Made by a program: the position numbers and the translations under genes. A stretch of DNA of 63,166 nt, counting the filler, from Platydemus manokwari (lineage: Eukaryota), in NCBI GenBank assembly GCA_037951405.1. It is 6 parts of 6 records of this genome, joined end to end, with 100 filler letters (N's around TTAATTAATTAA, not from the genome) between each part and the next. Parts side by side here need not be neighbours in the genome. Positions count along the whole stretch, not along the records: positions 51,523 to 63,166 come from JBBMOY010478887.1; 5 more parts are not named here. One strand, written 5' to 3'. The notes beneath the pieces were generated by a model. That model worked only from the letters and a program-made list of their open reading frames with translations, made no database searches and was not told where the DNA came from. Shown one piece after another: positions 54,501-63,166 of this stretch. How positions within the stretch are numbered: position 1 is the stretch's first letter; each line of letters opens with the position of its first letter.

Positions 54501-57334
54501 TTTGAAATCAAATATTAAATACACTGGAGCTTTAAAGTCTTCTAAAATTTGATTATTTGAAAAAATGAAAAAAGTAGGTCGAATTGCAATTTATTGAAAA
54601 TTAACATTAGAAGCAAATTGAGAGATATTCTCAGATTTTCAAATTATTTTATAAAAATAGCCAATGATATTATTAAACATGTCTGTAGTTAACTAACTCG
54701 ATTTATAATTATAAAAATTTTAATTTAAAAACTAAAATAATCATATAGAAGTGTTGTGAATAGAATTCTAAGTTGGTTTTAAAACTATGTTTTGTCACTA
54801 CTAGAGATCAGAAAAAATGAGATATGATCTGAATTAAACGAGTAAATCAAACATAGGATTTATATATAAAACAAAATTATAAAGTTATCTCAACCGCGAA
54901 AATTCATTATAACGAAAATAGGTCAAAAAGACCATTTTTCTTAACTTAAGCCGATAAAAGTAATAATAACAGTGATAATAATAATATTAATAACAATAGT
55001 AATAATATAATCTCTAGCACATATACCGTCAGCCAATCATATTCTTTTTAATATAAATCCATATTTATAAGCTAAGTATTGACAGGTACATACCTACAAG
55101 TGACAGCAAACTCAAATATCTGCCAATGGCATAAGAGATACGAGAAAAATTTCAAACAAACCGATCTACGAAGGAAATCAGCAAATGGAAAATGAAAACC
55201 CGTGACATTAAGAAGACAAATCAAATAGATCCATGAAAGAGTCGAGTTCCACAAGTAATTACCAGTCTTGTTTGGTCGGTAACTTGTGTATTAATCTTAA
55301 CTTTGTGTGATTTTCAATAACTTGTCTTTTTGGTTGCTTTTTATTTTGTCTTTCGCATTTGAGTACTGATCCCATCTTGTGCGATAGGCTATCGTTATTT
55401 GAGAAGAAGTTTAACTGTAGTTGTTGTGATAGAGATTGTAACATTTTGGACGATATGATTTTCAGGTTTAAATTTTTGATTATAATATCTAACAAGTAGA
55501 TGATATCATCAACAAAGCCCGTTAAGAAAATATATGATCTTGATTTGATGAAGTAGATTAGTATTTATATATTCGACCGCAGAAATTGAATCTACTATGT
55601 GTAGAGCTCACATTTATGAAAACTAAAATATTGTTTAACGCTTATTGATATTTCGTGATTGGTAAAAGGGATGAATTGATGATAGAAATCTCACTTTTAC
55701 CAAGTCTCGTTTCCAACGATAATCTCGAGTATGTATTTAATATGCTCAAGTGACGAGAAGGAATGTGAACTAGAGTGGAAGCGGTAAAGAAACAAGGATT
55801 TATTATTGCACTAGATGTGGAAATATCAAGTGGATGAAATTATAAAATCCATTAAAATTGAAAAAACTGGAACAAAGAAAGAAATAATAAATAAAGAAAT
55901 ATTGGCAAAATATTCCGTCTTTGAACTGTTTTCTTACGAAAGAAACTATCATGATGGAACGATTCTGAATATGATGAAACAGCCGTTATTAAAAATATGA
56001 GATTTCTTGGACATTTGGAACGCGTGATTTTAATGCCATTGTTTGTTAACGAATATTAATTAATATAATTGGATTATTCTTTTAACTATTAAAAAGACAA
56101 TCGCAGCAAAAATAAATAAGTCTGAACAAAATAATTTCAAAAATAACAAAGAAAACCCAATATTTATTATGGCAATTAAACTGAAATCAATAAAATGTGA
56201 AATACTAAATGTGAAACTGGGCTACACACGACATTCAAGAAATTCGATTGCCGGTAGTAGCGAAATCATTTATTTTTTCAAATTCGCAATAATCAGTAAT
56301 TGAGAAGCTTGTATGAAATCTTTAAAAATTTTAATTTTCAATAACATATTTTTAAACAAATTAAAATATTTCCATGAGAGCTTCAATTTTTGTACATCTC
56401 AGTCATCAATATTAATATAAAAACCCTAAATAAAAAAGCTTAAATACAAATAATACATTTAAATTGCAATTTTTAAAATATTAAAAAGTTAAAAAAAAAT
56501 TTATTGATTTTTAGAATTTTTAAATTTGCTTCAATTTAAATTTATTTTCTTCACATCGATCAAATGAGATTTCTACAAAAAATGCCGTATTATCATGAGA
56601 TGCAATACTCAAGCATTAAAAAAGAACTAATAATGTCTCATGCATTTATTGATTGTCACCAAACCTTATCTTTCGTTTAATTCCAGTCGGATTGTCCTGT
56701 CGATTATCGTTTCGTATAAGGATTAGTATAAGCGGATTCCATTATGAATGAATGGTTAACAATGACGAAAGAATAAAACTTGAGACGAAAACTCATCACA
56801 ACAATAATACATCAGATAATGAGATATAAAATTTATAAATATAAATTTCAATAAATAAAAATAACCACGAAAATAAAATAAGAAAGTTTATTTTTTGAAA
56901 AATATAATTGAAGATAATATCCTCTTTATCGTTGTTACTACCGTTAGCGTTACTTGGATTTATCTGGCTCTGACAAACTCGTGCTAATAGCACTTGATAT
57001 CGAGCCCGTTTTGAAATGTTCAGTATAGTAAAATGACTAATATTTTTTAATGTCTATCACCCATTCAAAATTGCAGTGGTAATAATTTCCTAAGAACTAA
57101 ATTCAAACGAGAATTTACTTTATTATCAACTACAAAAATGTATTTCACAAAATTCAATACAAAGGATTTTCAAATTCAACAATAGCTTATTCGAAATTTA
57201 ATTCAATCCCACTTTGCTTCTCACAGAAAATATGATGCGAAATATTTTAATCTGTAATATTATTTTATAATAATTTATATCTTAAACAATAGGCCGAAAC
57301 ATTGGAATATTTTACAATAATTATTTTATTATAC

Positions 57335-57363
57335 AATAATAATAATAATAATAATAATAATAA
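57335..57363. repeat. (AAT)n microsatellite
   Basis: About nine perfect AAT units. Confidence 0.9.
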
Positions 57364-58599
57364 TTTTATTTATTTTTAAATTCATTTATTTGTCATCCTT
57401 ATAATTATTAATGACATAAATAAAATGTACTGTTTGATTGGTCGGCAGAGAAATGTTTGAGAACCATTGCTTTATAATTCACATAAAGAAATGTTTTATT
57501 TTCTTTTCCTGTGTGGGTCTTTGGTAAATGTTTTATTGAATTATTTCTTTCAAAAGGAGAATTTTTAAAATCAAAAACGAATCCATTTCGCTTCAAAATA
57601 AACCTTAATTTGAAAATAAAAAGAAAGTAATTATGGAGTTAATTATTAAATTTCGCTGACAAAACGAATTATCAATGGAGAATAAAATTTATACTAAACG
57701 ATTTATATCTAACTATAAATAAGAAAATTAATTAAAATTTAATATTTAAGAAATCGAATCCGTTGGATTAGTAGCAATCGAGGAAACAACTTGTAAGATA
57801 TTTAATACATTTGAATTTATTTATAAATAAAGAAATAACAAGAAAAATCAAATTTATGGATAAAGATTGCTATTGATAATTACTCGATAGAATAGTAATC
57901 ACCAGAAGAATCATTACCATCACATCATATCTTTGTATTTAGCATTTGTAAACATGAAAATATCGACACAATCTATAAACAATATTGGATATCAACAAAC
58001 ATTGTAGTTGAATTGAATAACAGGGATAACAGTATAACATCAACTCACGTACGAACTGATTGGAGGAATAATCAAGATAAAGAGTATGGATTTATTGAGA
58101 AATAAAGAAGTGCGGGCGATTTTTCGTGAGATAAATGGAGATTTTAAGGTCAGCGTGTTTTCTTCGATTTTCCAAATCAATGTCACCATAAATAACTCAA
58201 CATTTCTTTTTCAATGTGGTAACAAGTTATAAATCGATAAAATGTATCTGAGATGGAATCAAAATTATAAATCTCTAACATTTTTTCATACTTAATGTTC
58301 AATTTTAAGCAATAAAATTTTAATCAACGATTATAAAATGGCATCATTAAGAAATATAGTTTTTCATCAATTGATTTAAGTTTGTTTTAAATTTATTGGC
58401 TATTTTTTAGATATTACATCGTTTATTTATATATTTATACACAAATGTACAAGCTTAATTTTTTATGTACAATAAGATTATATGCCAGCATGGTCAAGCC
58501 TTGAAATTTACATTTCAATCTGCGCGGCCACAAAAAACAAAACAAAACAATTCATACAACAACCATACACATCAGTCATTCATTATGGCTCCTCGTTTC

Positions 58600-59462
58600 A
58601 ATTTTTCGACTTTTTCGATGTTTGCTACCTTCAGTGTTAGCAATAAAGGATTAGTTGCTAGTGAAAAGAGCAGCATCGAAATTGGACAGCCTTGTTTAAC
58701 TCCAACATTGATCTTGATTGGTGGAGTAACAATTTGCCCACATTTATAGTATGTAGTAGAGTTGGAGTAAAGTTCTGAAAGAGTTTTGATAAATTTATCT
58801 TCAATTCCTATGGCCTCCAGACATTTCCAAATGTAGTTGTGTGGGACACTAGGAAATCCATTCTTTAAGTCCAACCAAGCAATGGAGACCGATTTTTTAT
58901 TTTTTGGATCAGGCTTGACATTCTCGAAGATGGTGTTAAGAACTGCATTATGTTCAGTGCAGCCTTCGAATTTTAATCCACCTTTCTGGCTAGGATCCAG
59001 AATGCCATGTTCTGATGTCCATTTGTCGAGTCTGTCACATAAAATCGATGTTAAGACTTTATATGACGAACTTGCAAGGGAAATCGGTCTCCAGTTTTTT
59101 TTTCTTTGAGAGAATTCTTACCTGGTTTTAGTATTAGAGTTGTTTGAAAACTCTTTCATCTCTTTGGTGACACGCCGCTATCGATTATTTTGTTGTACAA
59201 TGTCGATAAGAATTTGCTTTGTAGATAGAAATGAATTAAATGGCGCATAATCGATGTTGTCACAGCCTGGTGTTGAATTCCGCATCGATTTTAGTTTGGC
59301 AAAAACTTCGATATTTGTGATTGGTAAAGGCTCAAGCATTGGTTGTCTGTCTTGGGAAATTTGGAGAATTGGCCAATTTTCTGAATTTGGAGAACTTATT
59401 CTAAAATGTTTACATATGTCATCGATTGATGGAAGTTCATTGACATTTTCCGAATTGGTCAA
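58600..59462 (-). mobile_element. Truncated non-LTR retrotransposon reverse transcriptase (RLE group: R2/R4/NeSL/Utopia/HERO-like)
   Basis: Motifs STPGCDNI (domain 0), NWRPISLASSSYK, SQKG..FEGCTEHN, IAWLDLKNGFPSVPH and GVKQGCPISMLLF occur in order. The frame is disrupted near 59110-59180 and homology ends before the YADD motif. Confidence 0.9.
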
Positions 59463-59706
59463 TATTTTATCTCCAACTTTATTAACCGCTTGTTATTGTT
59501 ATTTCATTGATAACATCAGACTTCAAATAATGAAATTTATTGTACTTATATATTGTGGAGTCTGTGAGAAATTATTTTAAAATTATGATCAAAACCCTAA
59601 AATGTGGCATATAATATTATACACATTGCTTGATAACAGGGGCTTTCTAAATAATTAATCAATAATACTCAAATTAGTAGTCTTTTTTGTTTTCATAATC
59701 GATTGA

Positions 59707-59923
59707 TGTTCCATGTTGTATACGATTTTCTATTTGCTTGAACATACAAAACTTAACTCGAGAACTTTGATTGGTCTATTTTCATTGGTGCTTTGATATA
59801 TTTGTTCTTTTCTATTGATATGGAATATATATATCAAAGCACCAATAAAAATAGACCAATCAAAGTTCTCGAATTAAGTTTTGTATGTTCAAGCAAATAG
59901 AAAATCATATAAAAAATGGAACA
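59707..59923. repeat. Long near-perfect inverted repeat (arms about 94 bp, spacer about 30 bp)
   Basis: The left arm TGTTCCAT...GGTGCTTTGATATA and the right arm TATATCAAAGCACC...ATGGAACA are reverse complements with about five mismatches. Confidence 0.95.
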
Positions 59924-60599
59924 AGGCACACATACATAATGCAAAAAATAAAAATGCTCGACTCGTTGCAAAAATCGCCAATCTTTAACAATACATCTGC
60001 AATTTGAAGTATTGATTTGATAAAATGTTCACGGGCGATAACCTATCGAATCATAGTTTAGTTGATATCACAATCGTCTATCAGCTCTCAATATGTTTCC
60101 TAATTTCGGTTTTCTTACTTTTATTTTTTGTTTTATTTTCTGTTCACCATTGATAACCATTTTTAGTGTGAATTTAAATTTTTATTAAAAAAATATTACA
60201 GAAATTTAAACAAAAGCGAATGAATCGATTAATACGTGCTTCAGCCTTTATTCATGATTTTACAGTAATTGTTATTGAGTGATTAACATATTATTGATCA
60301 GAACATTTTGAGATATCAATATGCTGAGGAATTTTTCAAAATTAATGAATTTTTTTTTGGAAAAGAAGACAATTTAGAAAAATCGTTCAATTCTAAATTA
60401 AATGACATCAAATTAAACAATCTGAAGCGTGAATATTTTTCAATGCAATTCATTTAGTGATAGTGATGGAGAACTTATTATAACCCATTCCAATATTCAC
60501 GATCTCATAGACCACATAAATCTATGGGAAATTTTTATTTTTGATTTCATCTAGACTTGTCTCTGATTTTGTATTTGAAAAATGATTTATAAAGATAAT

Positions 60600-61450
60600 A
60601 ATTTATTCATTCAATATGAGAAAATATATCTATAATGTTCTTGAAAATGATCTGTCATTTACAATTAAAATGATTTTACCATCTCAAGATTCAGGGTGCT
60701 GTCATGAAAAAGAAAAATTTTAATCTCATCGTTTCAATACATATTCACATAAGTGGCATTGGATTTTCCAAAGTGCTTTATTGAATTAAAATTTGATTGA
60801 AAATAGCTCAAATTATGATAAATGTGACTCCATAGTTAGAAATGGTAAATTTTTATCGATGTTTATTTGAGAAACTCCATTGAATGGTTATGAGAAATTT
60901 CCTCTGTCAATAGAGGCATCCTTATCCAAAATCATATCATTTAATGATGAAATAATTATAGGTCTTACAAATAAATACTCCTTCCTAACATTGAATCAAC
61001 TCAATCAATTAAACCTTTTTTTATATTGTTGTTTATAATTAGAGATGATATCAATAGTTGCCTATTGGCACTTACATAAACACCTATTTTTTTATAAAAT
61101 AATCCATCTCTGTAAGTTATCATTCAATGAATTTTAAAATCAAGAATAGGGCTCGCCTATTGCCTTCCTAAATGCTCTAAATCCACAGCAAATAGAATGC
61201 GGTTGCAATATTCATTGAAGAAATACGCTTTAATTATCCCTGCGAATGCACTTCGTCCAATTCCAAAGGACTAGTAATGCAACTACATCTCATGACAACA
61301 AGTAGCCTTTACGGTTCTAAGTCCCTGACTTCCCAAGGTCTTTCAATTGTAGTCACTTAAACTATCAAGATAGTTTCGTTTCTATAAATACCATGAATGC
61401 CTTATTAATCATTATCTTCCAAGATAACTTGAATTTGAGTTTTAATTCTT
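60600..61450 (-). mobile_element. Gypsy-like pol remnant (RNase H to integrase zinc-binding region)
   Basis: Fragmentary motifs PLELD..., ICCGFRAFRKA (compare IAYASR.L..AE) and FHDS-HP (compare LH.GHPG) occur in the expected order, with many stops and frameshifts. Confidence 0.35.
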
Positions 61451-61799
61451 TCATAATTTAAAAATACTGGACTGAGGTATTTAAAGAATTTTTAAAATCT
61501 GACTCCATGTACTTCATTTCAACTAACTACACAAGCTATATGATAAATAGTGGTACAAAAAAGAATTTATCAAGACAAATTCTCGATTATGTCGTGTTTG
61601 AAATTTGTAAAAAGTTTCAGAAAAGAATCAGATATCACTAAACATTAAAAAGCACTGAGTAGGGGTTCCAAATAATTAAAGGTTGCAATCTGAATTTCAC
61701 TAAAGAGTGCTAATAAATAAATTCCCAAAATTATTTTAAAACTCAACAAAAACTAAATATATACCAATGTAAAGCAGCAACATTAAACTTGATTTCCAA

Positions 61800-62125
61800 C
61801 TGACAGTTGTTGACCTTGACATCAGTATTTATACCTGAGATTCGTGTGTAATTTGTGGATCACCTTTTGATTTCATGTCATATTTCTCGAATTCCCTTTA
61901 GTTTTTTTTACAGATTTTGTGTATTTGAGATTGGTCAATGCCTAGTGTGTGTTACTGTGTGAGCATATCCATTTTTCGAATTCTATTTAATTCTATTTTC
62001 GAATATTCTATTTAAGTCCTCTGTGATTGGTTGGTTGCTATGTGTGTATGGTTGTGTAGGAATGCAATGTTTAAAGAGCTAAAAAGCTAAAATAAAAGTG
62101 CAAAGATGCAAAATCGTTTTTTTTG
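61800..62125 (-). repeat. Dispersed repeat family copy C
   Basis: TTTAAGTCCTCTGTGATTGGTTGGTTGCTATGTGTGTATGGTTGTGTAGG...TGCAAAATCGTTTT is the reverse-complement relative of copy A. Confidence 0.75.
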
Positions 62126-62279
62126 TGATATTTCGTCTCTATTCAACAACCGTAAAAAAATTAAAATGTACTTTCAAAATATCAAGAGTATAATCCACGT
62201 ATTATTAATGATAGATAATGTTGAAATATCTCGAATGTTGAAAATATCTCTTAGAATAAATCTGATTCTACCTCCCATC

Positions 62280-62760
62280 GTTGATAATTATCTCAAGCAA
62301 TTCTGCCTTCAGATGATATTCAGATGCTATTATCAGCATCACAAGCAATCCGGAATGGGAGAAAATAATGGGAACTACTTTATTATGTTATGTTTGATGT
62401 AAATATTATTTTTCTTGAAATAATCTCATGCATCGCTTAATTGAGCGGTATAAGATTTTTGCGATTCATCAGATCAGAATTTGATTCAACTTAAAAATTA
62501 CATTTTTAAAATGTCATTACTCATGCATCGTTGAAATGATCTCCTAATATTTATTGTTGAACGATGTAGTTACATAATTTTTACATTTCCCCGAATTTAG
62601 TTCAGTCATCTATGTGACACTTTAGCTATTCATAAATAGAGAAGAATTACTCCTTGCTTATATAAAATCGATAATATAGTAACAATTCTGAATAAAAGTT
62701 ATATTTACTAGTAAAAGGTATCCATTCATTTATCTGTATGCTTCAATCAATTCTGTAGCC
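62280..62760 (+). mobile_element. Helitron Rep (HUH) remnant
   Basis: FR*YSDAIISITSNPEWEKI resembles Helitron Rep motif 1 (YG.PDLFITFT.NP.W.EI). A downstream KIDNIV resembles ID..ISAEIP. The sequence is heavily degraded. Confidence 0.5.
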
Positions 62761-63166
62761 CATTCAATTTGTATTAAATTTCTATTCTTTCGTTATTAGC
62801 TCTGTTCAAGATGTTCAGCTTATATGACATGTGTACCAGTTAATAAAATTTAAGGTATTCATGATTAATAACAACTTTAATGCATATTACAGTCCAAAAA
62901 AAAATTTGATATTATTTTCTCGAAAAAGTAGGATTCCATCACCCTAACCCCTTTTCAACGGTTGTATTTATTAATGGCAAATAAATCGCAAAGATAATTG
63001 TGAGGTTTACTTAAAAATATTATATATAATTAAAATTTACGTAAGACTAAAATGTTAAATTAAAAGATAATTTAAACAAATTATACTATGTAAAAGGATC
63101 TCATTTAAAAATTACTGTTAATCTCTCAATTTAAAAAAAATAATAAAATTAGGAAAATTAAGAAAA

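Noticed and set aside
55100-55200. ICQWHKRY resembling the Gypsy gag CWYH motif
   Set aside because: An isolated motif with no supporting pol or LTR features nearby.
58465-59580. Plus-strand ORFs over the RT region
   Set aside because: Antisense shadows of the RT coding sequence.
1-63166. A novel multi-gene system combining MEIOB, RT, transposases and hairpins
   Set aside because: The components sit on different, probably unlinked contigs, and all the mobile-element coding pieces are broken. Co-occurrence is explained by a repeat-rich genome.

Overview
AT-rich eukaryotic (animal) genomic DNA with short GT-AG introns (45-51 nt) and many AAT microsatellites. This is compatible with a triclad flatworm-type genome, but the taxon is only an inference. 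The window is not continuous: six contigs are joined by five 100-nt artificial spacers (N44-TTAATTAATTAA-N44), so adjacency across spacers is unverified. The one confidently identifiable host gene is a complete six-exon MEIOB orthologue (+, 46801-50106, 518 aa after manual splicing). A second spliced gene of unknown function lies on the minus strand (32597-31672, about 275 aa). The remainder is largely decayed transposon material: a non-LTR RT fragment of the restriction-like-endonuclease clades, mariner/Tc1 and Tigger/pogo derivatives including two TA-flanked elements with terminal inverted repeats (TIRs), Gypsy-like gag/protease/RNaseH/integrase remnants, a Helitron Rep remnant and a possible Polinton/Maverick terminus. 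There are also several hairpins and tandem repeats. I found no CRISPR array, rRNA or tRNA, and no multi-gene novel system that I can support. Family assignments come from recalled motifs read by eye, not from database searches.
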